Shown here piece by piece: positions 1 through 10,074 of a DNA stretch of 64,000 bases. Origin of the DNA: a virus (lineage: Duplodnaviria; Heunggongvirae; Uroviricota; Caudoviricetes); IMG/VR virus record IMGVR_UViG_3300010369_000001; one strand, given 5' to 3'. The position numbers were made by a program, and so were the translations under genes. The notes beneath the pieces are model-generated. The model worked only from the letters and a program-made list of their open reading frames with translations, was not told the DNA's origin and did no database searches. Each line of letters opens with the position of its first letter. The first letter of the stretch is position 1.

Positions 1-482
1 GCCGCATTTTGAATATTGGTATAAGCTGAAGTTTGAAAACACATTACATTAATGGGAGAGTTAGTTAGGGTCGTTAGTGCGGTGTTGGCCGCAGCTAAAT
101 TGATAGTCGCAATAAATCCTCGAATAATTGTGCCTGGCGGACTAGCGACAGTTACTTCTACCTCTTGACCTGACGAACATACAAAATTTATATTAGGGGC
201 CGTTATATTTGTAGAAGTTCCCGTGCCCCAGAACGTCATTTGAGTAGTAAGTTTGGTAACTAAGCTACCCAGATGATCTTCTTTCTGTACTCCCATTGCT
301 AATGCCGCTGGTCTTTGAGCTATACTCCAGCCAATTTCATTTCCTTTTTCAATTAACTTAGCAAAACTATCTTCAACGTCGGCACTAACTCCGCGCTCTT
401 GAAGTACTGACACCATTCGATCTTTCATACGAAATACATCCAATTCTTCTGCGGTCATCTTTGAGGTGTCGATCATGCTCAT
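1..482 (-). CDS. Putative tail fibre/appendage protein (partial, runs off window start)
   Basis: Read by hand, not in ORF track: ATG at 482 preceded by AGGAG; MSMIDTSKMTAEELDVFRMKDRMVSVLQERGVSADVEDSFAKLIEK... open to base 1; Thr/Asn-rich beta-like C-terminal part; follows other fibre-like genes. Confidence 0.6.
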   Translation of the reverse strand, partial: MSMIDTSKMTAEELDVFRMKDRMVSVLQERGVSADVEDSFAKLIEKGNEIGWSIAQRPAALAMGVQKEDHLGSLVTKLTTQMTFWGTGTSTNITAPNINFVCSSGQEVEVTVASPPGTIIRGFIATINLAAANTALTTLTNSPINVMCFQTSAYTNIQNA

Positions 483-492
483 ATTTATTCTC

Positions 493-879
493 CTATAGTG
501 TTATTCCAATAATGGAACCTAATATTTCTAATTCTTGCCCTAACTCATCAACAACAGGAACATGTTCAGGAATTAGCCCTGTTACTCTATTTTCAATTCG
601 CGTTAGCTGAGCTAACATATCGGTAATTACCCCGGCCTCCCAATTACATGCTCCACCTAAACTATTGCCAGAACCTAAAAGGGAAATTGAGAGATCTTGA
701 TTTATTTTAAAAACATCATATTCATTGTTACCCGTAAACACCGAAACTATTCGTCCTGGCGTTGCTGTCGGCCCAGTTAAGTACGCATTAAATACCTGCT
801 CATTAGCAAACACTTGATCAACATCAAGCGTCCCCTTATTTAACAGCTTTAGCGGTAATGGTGTCTGTACTGCTGACAT
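493..879 (-). CDS. Small tail-appendage protein sharing an N-terminal domain with 889..1785 and 1785..2903
   Basis: VQTPLPLKLLN...F...AY...PTATPGRIVSV aligns with the N-termini of the two upstream ORFs. Confidence 0.55.
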   Translation of the reverse strand: MSAVQTPLPLKLLNKGTLDVDQVFANEQVFNAYLTGPTATPGRIVSVFTGNNEYDVFKINQDLSISLLGSGNSLGGACNWEAGVITDMLAQLTRIENRVTGLIPEHVPVVDELGQELEILGSIIGITL

Positions 880-888
880 AATTAAAGG

Positions 889-1785
889 TTACTTCAAATA
901 ACGTATCCAAAACCAAACAGCCCGATTATTACGAACCTGCGGTGACACTGTTTGCACATAACTCTCATCCGGGTTCATGGACATCAATGACCTGACTGTG
1001 TCATTAAGATTATTGTTTCTACCAATAATCGCTCGCTCATTACCAAACCCGGTAAACCACCAACCGCCACAATCTATAACACCAGCTAATCCCATAGTAG
1101 GAAACGGAATCGTATGAATGGTGTTGACTGCGGCTGTAACATTTACATTGTTGGCATAGCCAAAACTTCCATCACCTAAATCAATTTCTTTATTTAACTC
1201 CCACTTATGTGGCTCATTCGATAAATTCGAGGTTGCAAGCTGAACCTCCCTAGGCGGCACATAAAAACAAGTTCGACCTGAAGGTATCGACCCTCCGTGC
1301 CCAGTTGATACAATATCTCCTTTATACACGGCTAACATTTGGTCAGCCCTAAACCCAAAACCGTTCACGGGACATATTGCGCTAAAAGCTCTTTCTCCAT
1401 TTATATCGCACCAATAAAATCCAGTTGAATTTGTTGTGAAACTTACAAGTACAAAACCTGTCCTATCTGCTGTCCAGGAATCCCCCATAAAAAAGTTAGT
1501 ACCTGTCCAGCGATTAATTGTTTCAATGGCAGAATAATCAGGGATATAAGGAATAGCTCCAGCTGCTCCGGCGCCATTTGTTATTTTTCTATATGTTCGA
1601 TCCGCAGCTGTAAGATAAACATCAAATTCACCTGCCCCGTCATTTACGCTGACTAGCTTACCCGCTGTAAACGTACCGCCAGCTAACCACTCATAAAAGC
1701 GCTGAATACTTTCAAAAGACATATCAGTTTCAATATGCCCTGAAATAAGCAATCTAAAATTAACAGGTAGCTCAACAAGCGTCAT
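889..1785 (-). CDS. Putative tail fibre / receptor-binding protein
   Basis: Shared N-terminal domain, Gly/Ala linker, aromatic beta-rich C-terminal domains (WTADRTGFV...LAVYKGDIV). Confidence 0.6.
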   Translation of the reverse strand: MTLVELPVNFRLLISGHIETDMSFESIQRFYEWLAGGTFTAGKLVSVNDGAGEFDVYLTAADRTYRKITNGAGAAGAIPYIPDYSAIETINRWTGTNFFMGDSWTADRTGFVLVSFTTNSTGFYWCDINGERAFSAICPVNGFGFRADQMLAVYKGDIVSTGHGGSIPSGRTCFYVPPREVQLATSNLSNEPHKWELNKEIDLGDGSFGYANNVNVTAAVNTIHTIPFPTMGLAGVIDCGGWWFTGFGNERAIIGRNNNLNDTVRSLMSMNPDESYVQTVSPQVRNNRAVWFWIRYLK

Positions 1786-2903
1786 TAGGTAAATCTCAAA
1801 ACAATTGGTACATTGGCCGTATATGGTGCATCATTTATCATTACAAGGCATTTGTAAGGAGCAGTGGCCGACCCTGCAGCCCCTTCAACATTGACCATCC
1901 CCTGCGCAAATGCGCCAAGAATAGGCAGCGCCATTCCACCCTCTTGTGTGATCGTAGCGGGCCAAGGTAACGTATCTGGGTAGCAGAAAACACAGCCGTA
2001 GTCGCCGTCTTGAACTGTCACGGTTATCGACTGGCTGATGTTTGGATTTAGCACCCCGTGTGTCAGGTTACGAATCATAGCGGATGTAGCATCGTCAAGC
2101 CACTCTGCAGCACTTTTATGAGGGTTGCCAGCAATGCGCCCGCTGAACGCTCTTCGCTGCGGGGTATAAGATACCCAGCCAGTAAAGGCAGTGGTACCCG
2201 CTTCAATTCGACCAGCTGGCGATGGATTACCGTTACTATCCACAAGTACCTGGCCTTGCGCAAAATCAGCTTGTGCTCTAAAACGTGTTTGTGCAAGTAA
2301 AGCAAATCCAGGACTTACAATATGTCCTTGTGCATTATTATTTGTAAAGATTGGTGGAGTTTCACCTTCTCGATAAAGTCGGTACTGTACCATTTCTCCT
2401 CCATCGCCCTGCACCCATGTGGGATTCAATGTCGGAGAGATGACAGTTCCAAACTCAAGATTTCCAGCGGTTGGAGTGCTACCTGCCAACGCTAAGCTAG
2501 GCATTAAATAGGTGGGAGGAATAACTGGGCCAAATGCTCGCTGTAATAAGCTAAAGACATCATCATTAGCTGTAATAATTACGTCCTGTAATAACCCACC
2601 GTGCGGAGCTGTTACCCTAAACGAACGCCCCATTGGTAGCTCAGTCGCATCTTCTGCGCCGCCACCTTCACCACTGCCAATCAATTTTAATGTACGATCA
2701 AATTGAATTTCATACGTAGCTATAAATTGACCTTTATCTACATCATTCTGAACAAGGCGTAAATGATCCCCGATAACTGCGGTCGGATCATTAGTGGCAT
2801 AATCGTGCATATCATACATGCTCGCAAAATGCCTTTTAGTTTGTAAGGTATGGCGATTTAGTGTTTGAAACTGTACCGGAATCTCTACAATTGGTGCTGA
2901 CAT
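1785..2903 (-). CDS. Putative virion fibre/appendage protein, paralogue of 2916..3917
   Basis: PTYLMPSLAL, PTWVQGDGG, DSNGNPSPAGRIEAG and VNVEGAAG..APY match the neighbouring ORF. Confidence 0.65.
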   Translation of the reverse strand: MSAPIVEIPVQFQTLNRHTLQTKRHFASMYDMHDYATNDPTAVIGDHLRLVQNDVDKGQFIATYEIQFDRTLKLIGSGEGGGAEDATELPMGRSFRVTAPHGGLLQDVIITANDDVFSLLQRAFGPVIPPTYLMPSLALAGSTPTAGNLEFGTVISPTLNPTWVQGDGGEMVQYRLYREGETPPIFTNNNAQGHIVSPGFALLAQTRFRAQADFAQGQVLVDSNGNPSPAGRIEAGTTAFTGWVSYTPQRRAFSGRIAGNPHKSAAEWLDDATSAMIRNLTHGVLNPNISQSITVTVQDGDYGCVFCYPDTLPWPATITQEGGMALPILGAFAQGMVNVEGAAGSATAPYKCLVMINDAPYTANVPIVLRFT

Positions 2904-2915
2904 ATTTCCCCCTCT

Positions 2916-3917
2916 TTATCCTATGGTAAATCTATATTGTGTGGCGATAGTTGTATTAGCATCAAAAGATGCCCTATAAACATCATACGGCGCGGCAGCA
3001 TAGCCATTAGCTCCTTCTACATTTACAGCTGCCGCACTGGGTACAAAAGCTGCCGTAATTGGGAGTCCGGGCATTGCCATATTAACTGCCTCAATTAAAA
3101 TTCCCTGATCTTTTGGAATAGCAATCACGATTGTTCTAGTGCCAACCGGGATACTTACTAAAAATTGTCTTGTAGTTGTTGTATTCGTTCGACCAGCTAA
3201 TGCCCTTACGCCAGCAGAAGTTGTAGGGTTTGCCTGAACGCTATTGTATGTTTCAAAGAATGTGTTTCTAAAACTGGTAAGCGTAACTGCGTTACTTGTT
3301 CGGACACCAGCTGGGATTGAGCCTGCTGGAAATGGCTGATTATTGCTGTCGTTTTTAATTACGCCAGCTATGTGTGATACTTGTGCTGTAATACTTTGCT
3401 GCGTAGCGCCAAATTGGTGCGCAGTTAAAACCCTTGCAGCAACCGTCAGATTAGACCAGATATTAATGCCATTATTGAAAATTGAATATAAGGCCACTGC
3501 TCCGGCATCATTTTGCTGCCAATTTGGCGTTATTGTAATATTGGCGGTCGAACCTATCTCTCCAGAAGTAGCATTGGCACTGATGGATAAGGTAGGCGCA
3601 GTGTAGCTAGGTGTTTGCAATGGCGTAAGTAACTGTCTAAGGATAACTGCTAGCTGAGTTCCAGCAGGATATTGTGTTCCAGCGGGTATTCCTTGAAAGT
3701 TGGAAGCAGTTGTTGTTATCGGCCAAGGTAAAACTGGATTACCGTCCGCATCTGCCGCCCCGGTTCCGCCAAAGCTCGGATCCCAAATATAGTCTTTATC
3801 AACCATAACCCTAGCGTTATCCCATTTGGTCACTAGGGGGCCATTTGGGTCTAAGATAAATTGGTCATTAGTCCTTACTCTCGCTAAAGATATATGAACC
3901 GGCTGGAGATCTGACAT
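2916..3917 (-). CDS. Putative virion fibre/appendage protein (Ig-like beta domains)
   Basis: Thr/Ala/Asn-rich; PSYTAPTLSIS, PNWQQNDAG, DSNNQPFPAGSIPAG, VNVEGANGYAAAPY; TAAAAT-N6-ATG promoter. Confidence 0.65.
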   Translation of the reverse strand: MSDLQPVHISLARVRTNDQFILDPNGPLVTKWDNARVMVDKDYIWDPSFGGTGAADADGNPVLPWPITTTASNFQGIPAGTQYPAGTQLAVILRQLLTPLQTPSYTAPTLSISANATSGEIGSTANITITPNWQQNDAGAVALYSIFNNGINIWSNLTVAARVLTAHQFGATQQSITAQVSHIAGVIKNDSNNQPFPAGSIPAGVRTSNAVTLTSFRNTFFETYNSVQANPTTSAGVRALAGRTNTTTTRQFLVSIPVGTRTIVIAIPKDQGILIEAVNMAMPGLPITAAFVPSAAAVNVEGANGYAAAPYDVYRASFDANTTIATQYRFTIG

Positions 3918-3931
3918 ACCCTAATTTTAAC

Positions 3932-4819
3932 TTATGAAAAGGCTCGTAAGTAGCTTTCATATTCTTCGGGAGTCATTTGCTTTTGCTCATAAGATTGTGC
4001 TGGGGTACATAAAGCACATTCATCAAATGGCGCATCCGTTACATATTTAAGAATATCTTCCATAGGGGCAGTATAAAAATCAATACCGTCGCTAGCTAAC
4101 ACCGCCTCAGCCCACTCTTTATTAATAATTTGCTTATTACTGAGACCGTATTTCACCAAATTACAGCGAAAGCCATGACAAGCACATCTAAATAATTTGC
4201 TTCCAGTAACGCTGTAATTTTCCCTTACGTACATATTGCATACCGGATTTGCGTTTTCCGTCTGGACAGAATGCTGCATAACAATATTTTTGTCCCTAGT
4301 ATTAAATACCAGTTCCTTATCTTGCCCCAGCACCCCTATGTCAATAGTATGAAAAGTATCCCTAACGTACTTAAGCCCAATTTTTAACCGATCTTTATGC
4401 TCTTCTGTCCATTTAATTAAAGGTGTTTCAATTATGTGCTTACTAATAATTATTGCAAAATTTTTATATCGCGCAGAAAGATCTATTAAATCTTGCAAAC
4501 GTGCATACCCTTTTACCAGTAATTCCCCATTAGTTCGTAAAAGTACATCACTACCCTCGGAAAAATGCTCACAGGCGCAATTAAGTATGTCGATAATACC
4601 TTCGTGCAATAAAGGCTCGCCGCCTAAGATACTAACCATTTTAGGTTTAAAGCGAGCGGCCAGAATTGGAATAGACTCAAGTACCGTAGCAGTAGGAACT
4701 CTATAATCAACTGCCGGACTGAAGCTGCAGCAGTTCTTACAGCGTAAATTGCACGCCCCAATTATTGCAACATCTAATCTTTTAAACTCTAGCTTACCGG
4801 CAGCATTTATATTTGGCAT
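3932..4819 (-). CDS. Radical SAM protein with C-terminal Cys cluster
   Basis: CNLRCKNC (CxxxCxxC), GGEPLLH, TNG, C-terminal C...C...CALC; start moved to ATG 4819 because of TAAAAT-N6-ATG. Confidence 0.9.
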   Translation of the reverse strand: MPNINAAGKLEFKRLDVAIIGACNLRCKNCCSFSPAVDYRVPTATVLESIPILAARFKPKMVSILGGEPLLHEGIIDILNCACEHFSEGSDVLLRTNGELLVKGYARLQDLIDLSARYKNFAIIISKHIIETPLIKWTEEHKDRLKIGLKYVRDTFHTIDIGVLGQDKELVFNTRDKNIVMQHSVQTENANPVCNMYVRENYSVTGSKLFRCACHGFRCNLVKYGLSNKQIINKEWAEAVLASDGIDFYTAPMEDILKYVTDAPFDECALCTPAQSYEQKQMTPEEYESYLRAFS

Positions 4820-4884
4820 ATCCACATTTTACCGTAAATTTATGGCATATATCACTGAGAAGATTTTAAATATTATTTTTATTT

Positions 4885-5124
4885 ATGCTGACTAAAACTA
4901 ATGATTTTTTTGTGGACTGGAAAGAAAGTGCAAAAATAATGAATATCTTTGCAGTAATTTTTCTAGGCATACTGTACTGTCTCTGGGCTTTAAACTTACC
5001 AGGGCACACAACATTTTATGAAGCGCACCTTCTTGGATTAGCGGAGCCATCTAACTACCTACAAATAGTGGCTCTTTTTGGATTGGCTAATTTAGTTGCG
5101 CCAGCCCTGCATATAACAGGCTAA
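4885..5124 (+). CDS. Small membrane protein (2 predicted TM segments); start could be 4939
   Basis: Hydrophobic IFAVIFLGILYCLWAL and LQIVALFGLANLVAPAL; fills an intergenic gap and ends at a terminator. Confidence 0.55.
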   Translation: MLTKTNDFFVDWKESAKIMNIFAVIFLGILYCLWALNLPGHTTFYEAHLLGLAEPSNYLQIVALFGLANLVAPALHITG

Positions 5125-5160
5125 AGAAGAAAGACAGCTGCATATAGCTGTCTTTTTTTT
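5123..5160. terminator. Bidirectional intrinsic terminator
   Basis: AAGACAGCT-gcatat-AGCTGTCTT followed by a T run, with an A-rich 5' flank, between convergent genes. Confidence 0.8.
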
Positions 5161-6364
5161 AATTAAATACATCGTCGTAAAGAGCTAACCCGCCCCCCAC
5201 TATCATACCGCCCAAACCTAAGCGACTTAAACGATTTGTATTTCGTGGACTCCCTAATGTTCTAATAGCAGCCCTTCTGCCCTGATTTGGATCCGCTAAA
5301 GCTGCATCCCTAATAGCTTTTTGATTTGACGTAAAATTAGCTAAATCAGCAGTATGTTGATTTTGTCTCGCAGGAAAAGAGGCTACGTCCGCATTGTGCG
5401 TCTTAAGGGCATCTTGAAAAGTTTTCATAGCATTTTCATGCGCTTTCATCCCAGCATCAAATCGCTGCCGGAGAGCCTGATACCTATCCATATTTAATCT
5501 ATCTTGATTAATGTTGCCCGTCCTAGCAGGTAGTCGAGGCTCTCGCCTAGTTGGCGCAATTGGCGCTGTAGGTGCCGCCCCAGGCGCTACTGGCGCAGCT
5601 CCTGGATTCGCGATTGCAGCTGGCGCAGCTGCGACATTTTTGTTGCCAAACCACCCACCGCGATTTAATAATGGACTATGACTTAAACCCCAAGTACCCG
5701 CGCCACCGACACCGGCTGTTGTACTTGCCGCGCTAAGCCAACTTTTAAACAGCGGGTCAGAAATATTGGCTAGCCGATCTATCTCACCTTGTTTCCCTTT
5801 AGCCGCAGCTAATAAGGCATTAATTTGTTGTGCATCAGCGTCAGGATTTTGTTTTATTAATCGCTCTTTAGCGCGTTCAAGTAACTGCTCGGGCGTTAAT
5901 TTATTTAAAGCGCCGTAGATCTGCCATTTGTTTGCATTAGGATTAGCTTTTAATAACTCATCTACAGCTGCATCATTAGTTCCGGAATTAAACATGCCAA
6001 GCCAACCTAACCGATCTGCATGCCGTGAAACCTCAGTATCGCCGCTGGCACCACCTAACAGTGATGACCCTAGCAACCCTGCACCCGCGCCTAAACCGCC
6101 ACCAATAACTCCGCCAGTTAAAGCTGAAGATAATCTACGCCTACGCCGCTGCTCTTTAGCTAGCTCTTCATCCGGCTCGTATTTATCGCCCACAAATTCC
6201 GAACCCAGAAACCCTAAGCCCGCACCAATACCAGCACCGCCAAGCCCGTATACGGCAGTCGTCAGTAATTTATTAAGTGCGGCCTTACGCGCAGCGGCCT
6301 CAGGAGTTTCAGCTATTTTCTCCTCAGCGGCCTTAATCAATTTTTTAGCTTCACGAATTTGCAT
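5159..6364 (-). CDS. Putative virion cargo/ejection protein with glycine-zipper hairpin
   Basis: N-terminal KAA/EKIA; GLGGAGIGAGLG...EQRRRRR...GGVIGGGLGAGAG; Ala/Pro linker; hydrophobic C-terminus. Confidence 0.6.
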   Translation of the reverse strand: MQIREAKKLIKAAEEKIAETPEAAARKAALNKLLTTAVYGLGGAGIGAGLGFLGSEFVGDKYEPDEELAKEQRRRRRLSSALTGGVIGGGLGAGAGLLGSSLLGGASGDTEVSRHADRLGWLGMFNSGTNDAAVDELLKANPNANKWQIYGALNKLTPEQLLERAKERLIKQNPDADAQQINALLAAAKGKQGEIDRLANISDPLFKSWLSAASTTAGVGGAGTWGLSHSPLLNRGGWFGNKNVAAAPAAIANPGAAPVAPGAAPTAPIAPTRREPRLPARTGNINQDRLNMDRYQALRQRFDAGMKAHENAMKTFQDALKTHNADVASFPARQNQHTADLANFTSNQKAIRDAALADPNQGRRAAIRTLGSPRNTNRLSRLGLGGMIVGGGLALYDDVFN

Positions 6365-6369
6365 AATAG

Positions 6370-7710
6370 TTATCTTCTAGTCGTAGCCTGCTGTGTTAAT
6401 ATCCCGGAATTATCCGCGCCCCCTGCTCTCGCCTCAGAAGTCCCAATATCTTTATCGTAGCTCATAAGCGGCGTAATGTCATAGGTACCAAGCACCCCGC
6501 CTTTAGCTAGCGCCTCACGCATAAAAGACCGAGCCACCATTGGACGCCTCATTGCCCCTGGCGCAGTAGCCATCAATAAGTTATAGGTATTAAACACCTG
6601 CTCAGGCGTATACTGACTTATAATCTCATCATTTGATAGCATATCATTGATGATGGATTTAGTCCTCAGCCCAGTTAATGTTTTTTGGTGAGCTGGCGTT
6701 TTGATACCATAATGTATATGCCTGGCCGGCACAGATGTCTGCGTTGGGGCTAAACGACTTCTTTCTACTGGAGCTACCTCGTAGCCTAATGCGCCACCAG
6801 CATCATTTAGGGCGCTGGCAAATATATTACCTGTAAGAGCTGACGGATTGGCTACTTTAACTCCAGCCTTTTTTTTTAAGGCCGACTCAATAATATTACG
6901 CGCTTGTCCGCATTTATTAAGTCCTTCGATAGCTTGCTGAATTTCCTCAACAAGTTTATCAATGCCCCCGCATCTTTCAAGAAGAGCAGGATCCGCCCCT
7001 GTTATTTTAGTACTTGTAATAGTTACTTCAAAAGCTTCATCAGAATTAGCTATGGTATTCTTTCCATATTTATGAATAGCTGCAATCTTAGTAGCCACTA
7101 ATTTTTCTGGAGGAAGTGTTGCAGCATATTTTCTAGTGACAAATAATGAAGCCTCTAGCTGATCCTTCAAGTATTCACAGCGACCAGCTAACTTCTTGAT
7201 CTCTCCGTCAATAAAATTCTTATCCGAAAGCAACTTATCAACTGAGGTTTTTGCAGCCTCACAGCTTAAACAAGCTCCAGCTGTTTTTAGCAAAGCCTTC
7301 TTTTCCTCAAATTGCGCCCTAAAATCCTGCAAGTCTAGCTCCTCAGCAATTTTTACCGCAAGACCCCGAAACAACCTATGATCAATATCCTTTTTATAAA
7401 TATCCGCTACTTCCTCAGCGGCAGCTACTTTTATATTTTCTAATTTAGCTACAGCAGCTTCACAGTCAGCAATTGGCGTAGTTTCTAATTTCTCCAAAAT
7501 ACCCGCACCTTTTTCTCGAACATCCGCTGTATGCGCCGTATTGTATGCACGACCAACCAGCCTAGTATGGTCAGGTGTTAGCTCATAAGTTTTAGCTACT
7601 TTAACTAAAGCGGTCGTAGGGTGCATTCCATCATCCGTTAAGATAGCCATGTCATGAACTGCTTCTTTTAGCAATTCTTTGGTGTTATTAGAAATTTGCT
7701 TCGTAGCCAT
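6370..7710 (-). CDS. Helical head-associated protein rich in K-x-A motifs (internal core/scaffold-like)
   Basis: KEA, KVA x3, KIA x2, KTA, KLA, KYA, KKA; coiled-coil-like; leaderless promoter. Confidence 0.55.
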   Translation of the reverse strand: MATKQISNNTKELLKEAVHDMAILTDDGMHPTTALVKVAKTYELTPDHTRLVGRAYNTAHTADVREKGAGILEKLETTPIADCEAAVAKLENIKVAAAEEVADIYKKDIDHRLFRGLAVKIAEELDLQDFRAQFEEKKALLKTAGACLSCEAAKTSVDKLLSDKNFIDGEIKKLAGRCEYLKDQLEASLFVTRKYAATLPPEKLVATKIAAIHKYGKNTIANSDEAFEVTITSTKITGADPALLERCGGIDKLVEEIQQAIEGLNKCGQARNIIESALKKKAGVKVANPSALTGNIFASALNDAGGALGYEVAPVERSRLAPTQTSVPARHIHYGIKTPAHQKTLTGLRTKSIINDMLSNDEIISQYTPEQVFNTYNLLMATAPGAMRRPMVARSFMREALAKGGVLGTYDITPLMSYDKDIGTSEARAGGADNSGILTQQATTRR

Positions 7711-7749
7711 AGTATTATTTTACTTTGATAGCCTGTATTTTAAGGGCCA

Positions 7750-8751
7750 TTACTGATTAACCACCTGATGATAGGGCGAGGAAACAATGCCTGTAAATTG
7801 CGCAAGGTTTAATTCTCTTTTTTTAATTTTCATCCACTCCTTCCATTGCATATCAAATTGTTGTGCAATAGCTTGATAAGCTTGTTCTCGCGCGAGATCA
7901 TCTCCTTGCACGCCACCATGATTAACCATTAGCTTATTTCTTGTATATCTGAAAGCTGCCTTTTGATATAACGACGCAATTATTTTATTTAACCAAGGTT
8001 CAATCCACGGGAAATTAAAACAAGTAAATGTGTAATTAGCTAAATGCGGAGTAGTTCCATTCCACTCACGAACTGCGCTAATGACACTGTCCAAGATGTC
8101 AGCTGTCGTAAATTCAACATAACCTTGTAATAGATTTTCTACGTCAGTATCCATAATGCGCATACGCACATCAGAAATAGTAGGCGTTTTAGTGTCAACA
8201 TGGGCTGGACGGAAGGCGCTGCGCTCTACATTAAGAAGTGTTCGATGGATATAAAGTGCTCTTCGATCTGAGCTACGACATAGCCCAATAGAAATAACAA
8301 AAATACCACCAAGCATGCTCGGCTTATCCGGTACTTCAAATTGCAAAATACCTAGCTTTGGATTAACTACTTTAACTGGAACAGCCCATAACGGCCTTCT
8401 AGGTTCGTCAGCTGGCTGTATCCTAGCTTCAAAAAAATAAGTATCTTCTAAATCGCCTAATTCTCCGCCACCATAATATTCTGGATTTAAGGCAGCTAAT
8501 ATCCCCCAAACAGTGTCGCACTTACTTATCTTAGACGTATCAAACGGAGGAATTTCACCAATGTCGGGCTTAAAAAAAAGACCACTTAAATCAATAGGCG
8601 TACCGGTAGAATCTCGAAAATTATACTGAACCGTCGCCACCGTACCTTGCTGAATAGTCACAGCTTCTACCTTTGTAAGAACCGGACAATTTTCATAAAT
8701 ATTTGGATCCGGCGCAACAACTAATGTTCGTGGAGTAGGAGATAATTTCAT
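7750..8751 (-). CDS. Putative head-tail adaptor/neck protein with N-terminal Ig-like domain
   Basis: N-terminal TIQQG..TVQYNFRDSTGTPIDLS (BppU-like pattern); helical C-terminal MRIMDTDVENLL..EFT; downstream of capsid genes. Confidence 0.5.
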   Translation of the reverse strand: MKLSPTPRTLVVAPDPNIYENCPVLTKVEAVTIQQGTVATVQYNFRDSTGTPIDLSGLFFKPDIGEIPPFDTSKISKCDTVWGILAALNPEYYGGGELGDLEDTYFFEARIQPADEPRRPLWAVPVKVVNPKLGILQFEVPDKPSMLGGIFVISIGLCRSSDRRALYIHRTLLNVERSAFRPAHVDTKTPTISDVRMRIMDTDVENLLQGYVEFTTADILDSVISAVREWNGTTPHLANYTFTCFNFPWIEPWLNKIIASLYQKAAFRYTRNKLMVNHGGVQGDDLAREQAYQAIAQQFDMQWKEWMKIKKRELNLAQFTGIVSSPYHQVVNQ

Positions 8752-8752
8752 C

Positions 8753-9121
8753 TTAATTTTTAGCTAGTGTTGCGAGAGTCCCTAAACCGTAACCGGTGGC
8801 ACCGCCGCCTAATGCACCGAGCCCACCGCCAACACCTAAACCTCTAAGCAGATTGTTTATGCGTCTTCGATGAAAAGACTCATTAGTTTCATCGTTTTTT
8901 TGACCAGTACCAATATAACCAATCCCTGCGCCAAGACCTCCGCCTAAAAGACCACCACGTATTCCACCGGCAGTCGCAGCGCCTGCTCTAATCAGCCTAT
9001 TTTTTAGTTGATTTGGCTCAACAGCTAATCTCCCTGACAGAAGAGGCGACGACCTTAAACTAGCGCTAAGATCAGGCAAGTTTGCTAATTTCTCTAAATA
9101 TTTCTCAGCTAATATTTTCAT
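8753..9121 (-). CDS. Small glycine-zipper cargo protein with leader MKILAEKYLEKLA
   Basis: GGLLGGGLGAGIGY...ESFHRRRINNLLRGLGVGGGLGALGG; leaderless promoter. Confidence 0.65.
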   Translation of the reverse strand: MKILAEKYLEKLANLPDLSASLRSSPLLSGRLAVEPNQLKNRLIRAGAATAGGIRGGLLGGGLGAGIGYIGTGQKNDETNESFHRRRINNLLRGLGVGGGLGALGGGATGYGLGTLATLAKN

Positions 9122-9149
9122 AGTTTAATTTTACCTCATGCTCAGACCT

Positions 9150-9173
9150 AAAAAAGAGAGGCAGCTGCCTCTC
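9150..9173 (-). terminator. Intrinsic terminator of 9179..9859
   Basis: GAGAGGC-agct-GCCTCTC followed by T6 on the minus strand. Confidence 0.8.
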
Positions 9174-9178
9174 GTGAA

Positions 9179-9859
9179 TCATTTGATGCTATTAAATAGC
9201 TCTACAAATATTGAGCCTAACTCCCTGCCCAATTCTTGATGCGCCTCCCCTGTAGCTGACATAATGGCGCCTTCAATAGCGCCGTATAGGGCTGCTTCAG
9301 GTAGCGTCACTAATCTACCGTCCACCAGTCTTCGTTCCGTAAGCCACCAGAATAAGTTTCCCTCACGCTTTTCCGCGTTTAGGTTTTTTAATTCCTCTAG
9401 TAGCTGATGGCGTAACTTTTGGCACTCTAGCAGAATTTCAATTAATTCTTCATTGTCGGTGCGTTCTTGCGCAAGTGCCGTGCGTAACTCTTCCATCTCA
9501 CGTAAGAGCGTAACTCGCTCAAGACGTAGCTGCTCTTCAGCGGTCGCATACCAATCACGCTCATTTCTTAAACGGGCGATGTGCTCTCTTTGATTGGGAA
9601 TAACGCGATGAGCTGCAGCCCAATCGATGGTGTTTTCGCCGAAGCTTAATACACCCATTTTCTGGGCTAGCAGCAGCGTGTCACGCCGGAAACCGGCAGC
9701 TAGATACTGCTGCGTTGCAGCTTCTTCCCGTGCTTCAATCGCAGCTTGTTGCCAGCCTTTTCGGTTGTTTTCTGTAACGTACAATGAAAGAACCAGGACA
9801 GCAGTAAAGCCTACCAGCACCCAAATAATTGGGTTTGTGTTTGTGATAAAGTTTTTCAT
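9179..9859 (-). CDS. Membrane-anchored coiled-coil protein (inserted cassette)
   Basis: N-terminal TM (IIWVLVGFTAVLVLSLYV), long heptad region, SD GAAAGGAA, own terminator. Confidence 0.75.
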   Translation of the reverse strand: MKNFITNTNPIIWVLVGFTAVLVLSLYVTENNRKGWQQAAIEAREEAATQQYLAAGFRRDTLLLAQKMGVLSFGENTIDWAAAHRVIPNQREHIARLRNERDWYATAEEQLRLERVTLLREMEELRTALAQERTDNEELIEILLECQKLRHQLLEELKNLNAEKREGNLFWWLTERRLVDGRLVTLPEAALYGAIEGAIMSATGEAHQELGRELGSIFVELFNSIK

Positions 9860-9911
9860 GATAGTTCCTTTCGTGTTAGAGGTTAAACATTATCACGTTT
9901 TAATACCAGCT
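9860..9911 (-). promoter_or_regulatory. Conserved promoter/leader, copy 1
   Basis: AGCTGGTATTAAAACGTGATAATGTTTAACCTCTAACACGAAAGGAAC closely matches 19768..19822. Confidence 0.75.
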
Positions 9912-9984
9912 TATTAGCTAATTTTTAACTATATTTATGGTAGTTAAACTTGATAAACTTTACCCCCTTTAAAGGAGACTAATC

Positions 9985-10074
9985 ATGTCAAAATTACTAG
10001 AGACCATTTTTGTTGCAGGGCCATTTGTAGGAATACTGCTCGGCATACTTTTTAAATTCTGGGCAACAAACTAA
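9985..10074 (+). CDS. 29-aa hydrophobic peptide, Fst/Ldr type I toxin-like
   Basis: Not in ORF track; SD AAAGGAG 7 nt upstream; MSKLLETIFVAGPFVGILLGILFKFWATN; stop abuts terminator. Confidence 0.7.
   Translation: MSKLLETIFVAGPFVGILLGILFKFWATN

Noticed and set aside
889-1785. Diversity-generating retroelement target in the fibre C-terminus
   Set aside because: No reverse transcriptase or template repeat seen in the window
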